64,000 bases of DNA from a virus. The stretch covers positions 32,001-96,000 of the IMG/VR virus record IMGVR_UViG_3300025728_000008, one strand, 5' to 3'. Made by a program: the position numbers and the translations under genes. The notes below the pieces were generated by a model. That model made no database searches. It worked only from the letters and a program-made list of their open reading frames with translations, and was not told the origin of the DNA. Below, piece after piece: positions 54,589 to 64,000 of this stretch (its first letter is position 1; each line of letters starts with the position of its first letter).

Positions 54589-55497
54589 TTGAGTACTAGG
54601 AAGAAAAAAGAGCCAACGCCTAAAAAGGAATGTTCATCTTGTGGTAATAACAAGGCAGTAACATATTTCTTTAAGGTTGATAGTCCACTGTTTCCAGATG
54701 GAAGAATTAATACGTGTCGTGATTGTGTTCGTAAACAAGTTGATATAAATGACTTAGAACAAGTAATTACATTCTTACGACAAATTGATAAACCTTTTAA
54801 TCAGAAGTATTGGGATGAAGCATTAAAATCTAAGAATCATCCACTAGGAGAATATGTTCGTAAAATAAACTCTCTTAATCAAGTAAAAGATAAAAGCTTT
54901 GATGATAGTCCTGCTGTTGGTATCGGTACTAGTCTTGATATCCAAGCTTCACAAGCCCTTGATACAATTGAAAGGGAAGATGGAGAGATTATTGAGTATT
55001 CTGATTCACTAGTTTCACGTTGGGGAATCGGATACCAAAAGCATGAATACTTACGATTAGAGAAGTATTACCAAGACATGATGATGAGTTATGAAATTAA
55101 AGATATCAACCATCGTCAAATGTTAAAGAATTTAGCAAAATTATCTGTAGAATTAGATAATGCATTAGCAAGAAAAGATTTTACACAGTATAGTAAGATT
55201 AATAAAGAATATGACATTATGTTGAAGTCTTCTGGTTTCAGACCAGTAGATAAAAAGAGTGGTTCAGAAGCTAGTGGTATGATGTCATTCTCTCAAGTTT
55301 GGGCAGAAATTGAAAAAGAAGGATTTGTTCCACCTAAACTTATTGACTTTAAAAAAGATGACATTGATTACATGTTAATGTATTACCAACAATTCGTACA
55401 GAGATTAGTTGACAAGCCTGTTACTGTTGAGCCAGATACAGAGTGGCGAGATGAGGTTATAGACTATGAATCAGAATCAGAAGAAGAAGAAAACTAA
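54589..55497 (+). CDS. Putative terminase small subunit / Zn-finger packaging protein
   Basis: CxxC...CxxC N-terminus; overlaps terL start. Confidence 0.6.
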   Translation: MSTRKKKEPTPKKECSSCGNNKAVTYFFKVDSPLFPDGRINTCRDCVRKQVDINDLEQVITFLRQIDKPFNQKYWDEALKSKNHPLGEYVRKINSLNQVKDKSFDDSPAVGIGTSLDIQASQALDTIEREDGEIIEYSDSLVSRWGIGYQKHEYLRLEKYYQDMMMSYEIKDINHRQMLKNLAKLSVELDNALARKDFTQYSKINKEYDIMLKSSGFRPVDKKSGSEASGMMSFSQVWAEIEKEGFVPPKLIDFKKDDIDYMLMYYQQFVQRLVDKPVTVEPDTEWRDEVIDYESESEEEEN

Positions 55498-57166
55498 TGG
55501 TGGCACTTATGATGCTGTTAAGGATGAATTTAGAAAATCCTTATCGTTCTTTAGAGAATACCCAGACTATTTTATAGATTATATTAAAACAGATATTACA
55601 CGTTTTGACTTAACACCATTCCAACGTGTTTTCTTGAGGTCATTCTTTAGAAATAAAAAAGTAGGAATAGTGGCAAGTCGTGGTATTTCTAAGACTTACA
55701 TAGATGTAATGGCGCATTATTTAAAATGTATGATGTATCCAGATGCTAGTATCTGTTTAGCAATGCCTACAAAAACTCAGTCAGCTAAAGTTGTTCAAGA
55801 GAAAGTAGAAGAACTTTGGAGAGATTATCCTATCTTAAAGAATGAGTTATTGGATTGGAAGTTCCAAAAGGATTATGTGAGCTTAAAATTCCGAAATGGT
55901 TCATCACTTGATACTTTAACAGTTGGAGAATCATCTCGTGGTCTACGTGCAAATGGTATTGCATTAGAAGAGATTGTTGATGAGAAAATGGATAGAGATA
56001 CAATCAATAACGTTATCCTTCCAATCTTAGCACAACCACGTATGACAAAGCATGGTGCAGACCCTAATGAATATTCAAAGACTCAAGCATATATCACTAC
56101 TGCTTCACATAAACAATCTTATTGTTATGAGAAATACATGGAATTGTTCAATGAAATGGTTAATGGACAACCTACTATTGTATTAGGTAGTTCTTATGAA
56201 ATGGGTACAAGATTTGGTACATTAGATTTTGCAGATGTTATTGAGAAGAAAAATTCAGCTACATATTCTCCTTTATCATTTGATAGAGAGTATGGAAGTA
56301 TTTTTACAGGTTCAAATGAACGTTCACTAGTAACTGTTGAAGAGATTACTAGATGTAGAACTGTTGAAGAAGCAGAGTTTAGGGTTGACCCTAATACAGC
56401 TAAGAAAAAAGATAAAGATGCAATTTACGTTCTTGCTTATGATATTGCTCGTGCAGAAGGTAAACAGACTGCTAACTCATCTTTAGCTGTAATTAAAGCT
56501 GTTCCTCGTGGAGATGGAACATTCCAGAAGTTCTTAGTAAATATGTTTACTAAAGAAGGTACACACTTTCATGAACAAGCATTATTCTTGAAAAAGAAAG
56601 TAGTAGAATATAATGCAAGTGTTTTAGTTCTTGACCATAACGGTATTGGTCGAGGGGTTACAGATGTTCTTGTAACAGAGATTGATGCAAACCCACCATA
56701 TAGTGTAACTAACGATGATAGATATGATAGATATAAGAAAGCAAATAGTGTTCCTATGTTGCATCTAATCCAAGCGCAAGCAAAAGATTCTAAGAATACG
56801 AATATCGTAAACGTATTTATGTCAACGATTCAGAATGGTGACATCTTTATGTTGAAGTCAGAATCAAATATGCGAAGTATTATTAGAGATAGAGATGGAA
56901 ACAGATTAGCTGAAAAGCTTATGCCACACATTCAAGTTGACAGAATGATTGATGAAATCATGAACTTAGAATATGTACAGACAGGAAATACAACAAATGT
57001 TAAACAGATTTCTAGAAGTATTGAGAAAGATAGATATTCTGCTTTAGCTTATGGAGTTTTCTATCTATATCAATTAGAACAAAAAAATAAGCAAAGAAAG
57101 AAACAAAGTTTCGATGCTTCAAGTTTCTTTGCAGTCAAAGAAGCTAAATACAGAATTTGGAATTAA
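55466..57166 (+). CDS. terL: Terminase large subunit
   Basis: LTPFQ, ASRGISKT, RGLRA..IALEE, ITTA, nuclease YDIAR, LDHNGIG, KDRYSA. Confidence 0.9.
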   Translation: MNQNQKKKKTNGGTYDAVKDEFRKSLSFFREYPDYFIDYIKTDITRFDLTPFQRVFLRSFFRNKKVGIVASRGISKTYIDVMAHYLKCMMYPDASICLAMPTKTQSAKVVQEKVEELWRDYPILKNELLDWKFQKDYVSLKFRNGSSLDTLTVGESSRGLRANGIALEEIVDEKMDRDTINNVILPILAQPRMTKHGADPNEYSKTQAYITTASHKQSYCYEKYMELFNEMVNGQPTIVLGSSYEMGTRFGTLDFADVIEKKNSATYSPLSFDREYGSIFTGSNERSLVTVEEITRCRTVEEAEFRVDPNTAKKKDKDAIYVLAYDIARAEGKQTANSSLAVIKAVPRGDGTFQKFLVNMFTKEGTHFHEQALFLKKKVVEYNASVLVLDHNGIGRGVTDVLVTEIDANPPYSVTNDDRYDRYKKANSVPMLHLIQAQAKDSKNTNIVNVFMSTIQNGDIFMLKSESNMRSIIRDRDGNRLAEKLMPHIQVDRMIDEIMNLEYVQTGNTTNVKQISRSIEKDRYSALAYGVFYLYQLEQKNKQRKKQSFDASSFFAVKEAKYRIWN

Positions 57167-57178
57167 TAGGAGGTGTAA

Positions 57179-58678
57179 TTGTTGGAACAAGCTAAAGAAA
57201 CAACGGAAAGAAAAAGTCTTATGCAATTTGATAGAATGGCTTTTCAAAGATTGATTGTTAATGATTTGAAGAAGTCAAGAGATGGACGTAAATTTTTCAA
57301 GAAATATACTCAAAAAGAAGTTCGTGAAATTGTTGAAAATTTCAGAGAAGAAAAAAATCAATTAGCTCTTATTGAGATTTCTAATGGATTATTTGCAAAG
57401 AGTCCTCAGTATCAACGTTTAATATGGTATCTTTCTAATATGGCATTATTCTCACATGTTATTACTCCTATTAAGGATATCAGAAAACTTAATAAAAGTA
57501 AAGTACATAAGCAGTACACTGAAATAGGTGAACTTGTTAAGCTTATGGAATTACGTCATGAGATGTCAAAAGTCTTATCGACAGCTTTTAAAGAAGATGT
57601 TTTCTATGGATATATTCATAGAGATAAAAAATCATTCTACATTCAACCTATTAAATATGATATTTGTAGAATCACATCTGTAGAAGATGGTGTTTTCAAC
57701 TATAGTATTGACATGAGATACTTTGAGAAAGACGAAGAAAGACTTGTACAATATGGGAAAGAAGTCCAAGAAAAATACTTTAACTGGAAAAAGGTTAAAA
57801 GTGTAAATGGAAAAGTAGATTCATTTATTGAACTTAGTGCAGAAAATACTATCTGTATTAAAATTAATGAGAATATGACTAATGAAATCTTCCCTCCATT
57901 TGCAGGTTCGTTTGATGCAATCTTTGATATCGAAGGATTTAAAGAATTGCGTAAGACAAAAGAAGAACTAGGTAACTATATGATTTTAACTCAACAGCTA
58001 CCTATGAGACCAGACAGTGAAGATAATAATGATTTCGCTATTGATGAAGATACAATGAGATTCTTCCATGAGATGGCAAGTAATACTGTCCCAGATAATG
58101 TTGGTATTATCACATCTCCAATGAAAATTGAGCCAGTTAAGTTTGAAAGAGATAGAGCAGATAGTGATGGCGTTCAAAAGGCACAACGTGACCTTTGGGA
58201 CGGATTAGGAGTTTCTAACCTGTTATTCGGTGCAGATAAATCTACTTCACAAGGATTAACAATGTCTATCAAATCAGATGAGCAAATTGTTTTCGGTGTA
58301 TTGACACAGATACAAAGATGGCTTAATAGATATTTAAAAAATGAATTTAAAGATTTAATGTTTAATATAAATATACTGCATGTAACTCAATACAACAGAG
58401 ATGAAATGTTCAAGATGTATTTAGAAGCAGGACAGTATGGTGTTCCAGTTAAGAGTCATGTTTGTGCGGTTGTTGGTTTAGACCCAATCGAAACAATGAA
58501 TATGGCATATCTGGAAAACGATATATTAGAAATGCAAGATAACTTTGTTCCTATGATGTCTTCACACACAATGGGTGGAGAAGAGTTAGCACAACAAACA
58601 GATGGAAGACCGAAGAAAGACCCTAAAAAGGTATCGGATGAAACTGCTCGTGCAAAGGACAAACCAAACGCAGAATAA
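57179..58678 (+). CDS. Portal protein
   Basis: 499 aa directly after terL; SPbeta-like synteny; C-terminal GRP motif. Confidence 0.75.
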   Translation: MLEQAKETTERKSLMQFDRMAFQRLIVNDLKKSRDGRKFFKKYTQKEVREIVENFREEKNQLALIEISNGLFAKSPQYQRLIWYLSNMALFSHVITPIKDIRKLNKSKVHKQYTEIGELVKLMELRHEMSKVLSTAFKEDVFYGYIHRDKKSFYIQPIKYDICRITSVEDGVFNYSIDMRYFEKDEERLVQYGKEVQEKYFNWKKVKSVNGKVDSFIELSAENTICIKINENMTNEIFPPFAGSFDAIFDIEGFKELRKTKEELGNYMILTQQLPMRPDSEDNNDFAIDEDTMRFFHEMASNTVPDNVGIITSPMKIEPVKFERDRADSDGVQKAQRDLWDGLGVSNLLFGADKSTSQGLTMSIKSDEQIVFGVLTQIQRWLNRYLKNEFKDLMFNINILHVTQYNRDEMFKMYLEAGQYGVPVKSHVCAVVGLDPIETMNMAYLENDILEMQDNFVPMMSSHTMGGEELAQQTDGRPKKDPKKVSDETARAKDKPNAE

Positions 58679-58701
58679 ATCTTTAAAGGAGGTGAAAGGG
58701 A

Positions 58702-60111
58702 ATGGGTAAGAAATTAGACTTTCAAGTAAGTATTAGTGATGTCAAAAAATTCCATCCTCAATTCTCCACCTGTAAAGTAAGAACGCTCTACACTGGTGAT
58801 AACCGTAATATGTCTCATATCACGCCAGAAGCGGTTGAAAAAGCTTTACCTACTGCTTTTAACATTCCTATCGTTGGCGAGTTCTCGATGGAAGCTAAAG
58901 ACTATAAAGGTCATGGTGGAAAGATAGATTTAGATACTTATAAATATGTACATACTACTAAGCCTTATGGAGTTGTGCCAGAATCAGCTACATTTAGTTG
59001 GGAAAAGGTTGAAGACAAAGATGGAGTAACCCGTGATTATTTAGTTATTGAGGGTTGCGTTTTATGGACAGGTAGATATGAAGAAGCTTTTAGCATTGTT
59101 GAAAGAGGTAAAGGTCAATCAATGGAGATTGAAGTTGTTACTGGAGAATGGGTAGAAGAATCTGAAACTTATCGTATTGATGATTTCATTTTCTCTGGAC
59201 TATGTATTCTAGGTGACGAAGTTGAACCTGCCTTTGAGAGTGCTAACATTTCAGCTTATTCATTTGAAGATACAGATTCATTCAAAGAAGAGTTTGCTCA
59301 GATGAAATCAGAGTTTGCTCAAATGATGATTGAATTGAAAGATTCTTTAGATATAAACAAGGAGGGTATTAATTTGACTTTACAAGAATTATTACAAAAG
59401 TATTCGATTTCTGCTGACGAATTAACAGAAGCAGGAGTAGTTGTTGAAGGTCTTGAAGGTGAAAACTTAGAGTCTGTTATTTCTGATTTCGCTAAGAAAA
59501 AGAAAGACGAAGAAGAAGAAAAAGCTAAAAAAGACGAAGAGAAAAAGCCAGAAGACAATAAAGACAACAAAGAGCAAAAACCAGAAGACAACAAGGATTC
59601 TAAGCCAGAGGATGAAAAGAAACCAACAGGTGATGACAAAGAGAAAAAACCTGCTGATGAAAAGAAACCTGTAGACGAAGAAGAAGAAAAGAAAAAGAAG
59701 AAAAAAGAAAAAGGTAAATTCTCTAATGCAGAAGACCAAGCAGATTACGATGCACTTTTAGCTTCTTATAATACTGTTGTTGCTGAAAATTCACAATTAA
59801 AAGCATTCAAAAAAGCTGTTGAAGATGCAGACCACGAAGCTAAAGTTGCAGAAGCAATCGTTGAATTAGGATTAACTAATGAAGATGAGGGTGTAACAGA
59901 AATCGTTGAAAACGCTCATAGCTTCACTTTAGAGCAAGTTAAAGAAAAATGTTACAGTATTTTAGGTCGCAAAGCATTTGCTAACAGACAAAACTTTTCT
60001 GCTAAACCAGAAAACAAAAATATTAAATTACCATTAGGTAACAAAAACAATGAAGAAGAGACACCAAAACAATATGGTGGATTATTCGAAAAATACTTAG
60101 ATAAAAAATAA
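58702..60111 (+). CDS. Prohead protease-scaffold protein
   Basis: NRN.S.I, IPIVG, QSMEI, GLCILG..VEPAFE N-domain; charged coiled-coil C-terminus. Confidence 0.75.
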   Translation: MGKKLDFQVSISDVKKFHPQFSTCKVRTLYTGDNRNMSHITPEAVEKALPTAFNIPIVGEFSMEAKDYKGHGGKIDLDTYKYVHTTKPYGVVPESATFSWEKVEDKDGVTRDYLVIEGCVLWTGRYEEAFSIVERGKGQSMEIEVVTGEWVEESETYRIDDFIFSGLCILGDEVEPAFESANISAYSFEDTDSFKEEFAQMKSEFAQMMIELKDSLDINKEGINLTLQELLQKYSISADELTEAGVVVEGLEGENLESVISDFAKKKKDEEEEKAKKDEEKKPEDNKDNKEQKPEDNKDSKPEDEKKPTGDDKEKKPADEKKPVDEEEEKKKKKKEKGKFSNAEDQADYDALLASYNTVVAENSQLKAFKKAVEDADHEAKVAEAIVELGLTNEDEGVTEIVENAHSFTLEQVKEKCYSILGRKAFANRQNFSAKPENKNIKLPLGNKNNEEETPKQYGGLFEKYLDKK

Positions 60112-60139
60112 GTTAAGAAATTATTAGGAGGAAATTATA

Positions 60140-60658
60140 ATGGCTATTTATGTTGTTCGTAAAGACATTTTAAATTCAGGCAAAGTTGGTAACTTAGAGT
60201 CTGTAATCGTACATAACGCAGGAGGTACTGCTGTAGAAATTCACAATGGTGTTTTCGTTACATTAGGAGACTTAATGGACGTTCGTAACCCACGTGAAAC
60301 TTTCAAAGCTACATTAACTAAAGCAGGAGACCACAAAGGTGAGGTTTATTTCATTCACAATGCAGAGGTAATGTATGACGAAAGATTATACAAATTGGAA
60401 GACTACCGTTGTCCTGCAAACAAAGTTGCACGTGCTTATCACTTAACTACTGGTGACATCATCACATTCACAAAAGATTTCTTTGGTTTCGTACCAGTTG
60501 TTGGAGATAAATTAATCGTTGGTGCTAATGGTTACTTAATCAAATCAGATGCTACAACAGAAGCAGAAGCTAAAATTGTATTCCAAGTTATCGAAGATTC
60601 TGGTTATGAATTACACCAAACTGAAAAAGCATTTGCAGTACGCATTGTGCGTAAATAA
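60140..60658 (+). CDS. Capsid decoration / head protein
   Basis: Between scaffold and MCP; strong RBS. Confidence 0.6.
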   Translation: MAIYVVRKDILNSGKVGNLESVIVHNAGGTAVEIHNGVFVTLGDLMDVRNPRETFKATLTKAGDHKGEVYFIHNAEVMYDERLYKLEDYRCPANKVARAYHLTTGDIITFTKDFFGFVPVVGDKLIVGANGYLIKSDATTEAEAKIVFQVIEDSGYELHQTEKAFAVRIVRK

Positions 60659-60687
60659 TTAAAGGTTTATCCAAGGAGGAAAATATA

Positions 60688-61683
60688 ATGCAAAAAGATA
60701 TTGTTAAATTAGCTGTAGATATCTCTCTAGGCAGAGTTACAAATTATTCAAAGCAAGAACAAAATGAAACATTACGTAAAGCGTTCGCTGACTTAATGGA
60801 GTTCTCATTAGAGGATGGTGGAATTTCTCGCCAAGTATTCCGTAAGCACAGAGCTGACATTTTCGAAATTTTAGAAGAAATTATCAATGAAACTTTACAC
60901 GAAGGTTTAGGTGGACAGTTTGATGGTTTCGCAGAGTATCGTAACCTTAAATGGGGCGACACTAACAAATTCAAAGTACCAGTGAAAGATATCTTCCGAG
61001 TAGCGTTGATTTCTGATGGTAATGGCGTTATGCGTAGACAGCGTTTACGTGACGACCAAGAGTTCCTAGTATCAGTTGATACTTATGGAATCGCAATCGG
61101 TGAAGACTTCCACCGCTTCTTAGCAGGGCGTGTACAATGGGCAGACTTAATGGGTCTTATCGCTGAATCATTTAAACGTGATTTAACGTTACGTATCCAT
61201 GATGCTTTAATGGCTTCATATGGTAAATACAATTCTACTTACCACTTCACAGGAAACTTAGACGAAGATAAGTTAGTAGAAACTGCAATGCACATCAAAG
61301 TACGTACTGGTGAAGATGTAGCAATTTACGGTACTAAATTAGCACTACGTCAAGTAGCTCCTGCTCAAGCAATGATTACTGACGAAATGCGTAACTACCG
61401 TAACAAAGTAGGTTACTATGGTGAAGTAGCAGGAATCGAGTTACGTGAGATTGACCAAGCTCATAACTACGGAACAGACGATTTCGCTATCAGTAACAAA
61501 ATGCTTTTAATCTTACCTCAAAACCATGAGAAAATGATTAAAGTTATCAACGAAGGAGATGCAATTATCCAAGACCAAGCGGGCGGTATCTCTGCTGACA
61601 TGATGCAAGAATACTTCATCTGTAACCGTTTCGGTATTGCAATCATCACTTCTAAAGTGTTCGGTTTCGTAAAATTACCGTAA
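60688..61683 (+). CDS. Major capsid protein
   Basis: 331 aa, strong RBS, highly expressed codon usage, position, downstream hairpin at ~61707-61726. Confidence 0.8.
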   Translation: MQKDIVKLAVDISLGRVTNYSKQEQNETLRKAFADLMEFSLEDGGISRQVFRKHRADIFEILEEIINETLHEGLGGQFDGFAEYRNLKWGDTNKFKVPVKDIFRVALISDGNGVMRRQRLRDDQEFLVSVDTYGIAIGEDFHRFLAGRVQWADLMGLIAESFKRDLTLRIHDALMASYGKYNSTYHFTGNLDEDKLVETAMHIKVRTGEDVAIYGTKLALRQVAPAQAMITDEMRNYRNKVGYYGEVAGIELREIDQAHNYGTDDFAISNKMLLILPQNHEKMIKVINEGDAIIQDQAGGISADMMQEYFICNRFGIAIITSKVFGFVKLP

Positions 61684-61765
61684 GACGTAAATAATAATGG
61701 TATATCTAGGGGATTCTTCCCCTAGTATATCATATGAATAAAAGGATAAAAAGGAGATAATTAAA

Positions 61766-62476
61766 ATGGCTTTAAAAAAATCAGATTTAATTAAAATTTT
61801 AGTAGAAGAATACGGATATGAAAAAGAAGATTTGAAATTTGATGCACAAGGTAAACCTTACACAAATGCAAAATTACAAGCTCTAATTGATGCAGAAAAA
61901 GAAGATGCAGAAGTTTTTGAATCTAAATCAAAACGTATTGTACGAGAAAAGAATCGTAAAATTAATGACCATGATTTAATTCCAGTAATGAATGGAGTTA
62001 TTGGTGGTTTATATTATCATTCCGAACGAACAAATAAGTCTTGGAATTTTGAATCTTTTGGTCAAGAAGATACTATGGAATATGGTGAGTTAATCACTAT
62101 GCGTAACAAATATCCAAGTTATTTAAAAGAATGTCGCCTAATTGTATTAGATGAAGAAGTACAAAGAGAATTTGGATTAGTAGAATTATATGACAATGTA
62201 ATTACTCCAGAAAATGTAGAAGAAGTATTCTTAAAACCATATGATGAAATTGTCAATTTAATTGATGTATTGTCACAAGGTAGTCTTCAAACATTCATCG
62301 AAAAAGCAAAAGAAAAATACAATAATGGTTCATTGGATAGCATGAGACTTATCAAATATATTGAAAATAAATTTGGTTTTCATTTAGAAGATTTAACTCC
62401 ATTAAATGATATTGTAAGTCAGAAAGAAACAGTTCAAATGGGTAGACAACAAGTAATACTTGTAGACAAAAGATAA
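61766..62476 (+). CDS. Hypothetical head-module protein
   Basis: Synteny after MCP. Confidence 0.65.
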   Translation: MALKKSDLIKILVEEYGYEKEDLKFDAQGKPYTNAKLQALIDAEKEDAEVFESKSKRIVREKNRKINDHDLIPVMNGVIGGLYYHSERTNKSWNFESFGQEDTMEYGELITMRNKYPSYLKECRLIVLDEEVQREFGLVELYDNVITPENVEEVFLKPYDEIVNLIDVLSQGSLQTFIEKAKEKYNNGSLDSMRLIKYIENKFGFHLEDLTPLNDIVSQKETVQMGRQQVILVDKR

Positions 62477-62499
62477 TGATATAATGTGAGGTGAGATAA

Positions 62500-62955
62500 A
62501 TGACAAACACACGCCTTGCAGAAGTTTATGATGGATTTTTAGGTAAGATATCAGATTATACATTGCTTTCAGATACGATAACAGATATGGATATTGATGA
62601 AGAACTATTCGGATATTTCAAATCTGCACGTGCAAAGTTCTTTAGATGTAGACAAAGTTTGAAAACAGTTACACTAGTCGATGATGAAAATGAGGAATAT
62701 GTTTCATTTGAAGTTGAGTTAACAGATTACGAAATTGAAGTTGTTATAGCATTAATGTTAGTTGAATATACTAAGCCTTATTTATTGTCAACAGAGGTTA
62801 TTAAACAATCTCTTAGTGATAAAGATTTCAGAATGTCGTCACAGGCAAACCAATTAAGAGAGCTTAGATTACTAGCAAAAGAACTTAAAAAAGAAGCAAA
62901 TAAAATGGTTTCTACTTATACTTACCAAAAGTTAGATAAGGAGAATTACAAATGA
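62500..62955 (+). CDS. Putative head-tail connector
   Basis: Size, synteny, DF...SQANQL motif. Confidence 0.55.
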   Translation: MTNTRLAEVYDGFLGKISDYTLLSDTITDMDIDEELFGYFKSARAKFFRCRQSLKTVTLVDDENEEYVSFEVELTDYEIEVVIALMLVEYTKPYLLSTEVIKQSLSDKDFRMSSQANQLRELRLLAKELKKEANKMVSTYTYQKLDKENYK

Positions 62956-63272
62956 TTAATGATAATTCAAGATTAGTAATTTATCTAAATTCAGTAGTAA
63001 ACAGTGTCTTTAAGATTTTACCTCTTTATGAAGAGAGTAATGTTGGAGTAGACACATATATCGAATCTTTACTATTTGAATTATATGGATTAAATGAAGC
63101 AGTCAATGTTGAGCATAGTTCCGAATATATTTCATTGCTATCTACATTAGAATCTGTCAAAACTGAAATTGGCAAAGAGAAAAGTAGAAAAGCTATTATC
63201 AAAAGAGAAATATTTAAATGTATTAACATTGTAAAAAACATGGTTGGCAAGCTAGAAGAAAAAGGTGAATAA
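62952..63272 (+). CDS. Hypothetical virion-module protein
   Basis: Overlap-coupled ORF. Confidence 0.65.
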   Translation: MINDNSRLVIYLNSVVNSVFKILPLYEESNVGVDTYIESLLFELYGLNEAVNVEHSSEYISLLSTLESVKTEIGKEKSRKAIIKREIFKCINIVKNMVGKLEEKGE

Positions 63273-63274
63273 CC

Positions 63275-64000
63275 ATGAGTGATTACATTGGAAGATACAG
63301 AAGACGTATGGAGCGTAACGGTAATGATGTTGGTGAAGCATATACAAACAACACCATTGCTTTTATAGAAGCCAACTTTAAATCCGCACCTACTTATAGA
63401 TTGTTGAAGGTATTCAGTTCTGAATATCCAGACATCAAAGAGATGGATTCTAGGGTTGTAGAAGTAGAGCGTATGGGTACTCTACGAGAAATAATCTTTA
63501 TGCCTAATCAGAGCTTAGAGACAGGCACTTATATTAAATTCGATGGAGATACTTGGCTTTTATTCGACAAGTACGGTGGTACAGGTTCTACTAGCGTGAA
63601 GATGTTAGCTCAGAAATGTAATCGTAAGTTGAAATGGAAAGACAAGGAAGGTAAGCTCCACGAATGGGATTGTATTGCAGGGTCTACTGATTTAGGGTCT
63701 AAAGCAAAGCAAAACCGAACAGAGATTGAATGGAACAAGTACGATGTACGACTTCCAATTGGTCAACTGTTTGTATTCGTTGAAGCAAATGCAGATACAA
63801 AGAAAATTCAATTGAATCAGAGATTCATATTTGGAGACAATGCTTTTGAAGTAATTGGTAGAGATGATGTAACAGGTATTACAAAAACAGGTTATGGAGT
63901 CATCCAATTAGTAATTAAAATTGACACAAAAAGATTGGTTGAAGATGACTTTGAAAATGGCATTGCATTTAACGATTATAAAGAAACAGGCACAGGTGGA
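63275..64000 (+). CDS. Putative head-completion protein, truncated by window end
   Basis: ATG at 63275 with AAGGTG RBS, frame appears open to the edge. Confidence 0.6.
   Translation, partial: MSDYIGRYRRRMERNGNDVGEAYTNNTIAFIEANFKSAPTYRLLKVFSSEYPDIKEMDSRVVEVERMGTLREIIFMPNQSLETGTYIKFDGDTWLLFDKYGGTGSTSVKMLAQKCNRKLKWKDKEGKLHEWDCIAGSTDLGSKAKQNRTEIEWNKYDVRLPIGQLFVFVEANADTKKIQLNQRFIFGDNAFEVIGRDDVTGITKTGYGVIQLVIKIDTKRLVEDDFENGIAFNDYKETGTGG

Noticed and set aside
55466-61683. Introns or inteins in terminase, portal or capsid genes
   Set aside because: ORFs are continuous and of normal size with no intein or homing-endonuclease motifs seen

Overview
AT-rich segment of a large temperate Bacillus-type siphovirus genome with an SPbeta-like head module (inferred; resembles large B. 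cereus-group siphophages). Layout: (1) 1-19.8 kb, minus-strand array of small early/accessory genes with repeated TCGC-TTGACA sigmaA-type promoters, including an Ocr-like DNA mimic, a Ser/Thr kinase-like protein, an HD-domain (p)ppGpp hydrolase-like protein, an M20/M28-type peptidase and a TM2 protein. (2) 19.8-29.7 kb, a plus-strand island driven by five sigmaH-consensus promoters and flanked by two long motif-rich non-coding blocks, a candidate genome-end region. (3) 29.7-35 kb, small genes and a RecD2-like helicase. (4) 35-44.5 kb, plasmid-like module: ParM/ParR, pilin-like membrane protein, M23 peptidase, VirB4/VirD4-like ATPase, Replic_Relax-like protein, tyrosine recombinase, and a Rep-like gene beside a 39-bp inverted repeat enclosing a near-pure AT core. 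(5) 44.6-54.4 kb, HTH, HU-like, PIN-PhoH, beta-helix protein, six tRNAs, a coiled-coil gene followed by a ~280-nt structured repeat-containing non-coding element, YonK-like and phosphoesterase genes. (6) 54.6-64 kb, terminase, portal, protease/scaffold, capsid and head-completion genes. Strongest unexplained signals: an ATAAAA-N6-TTTTAT palindrome placed between stop codon and next RBS at many gene junctions, the YAG-repeat ncRNA candidate, and a sporulation-sigma promoter programme. All protein calls come from motif recognition by eye; no searches were run.
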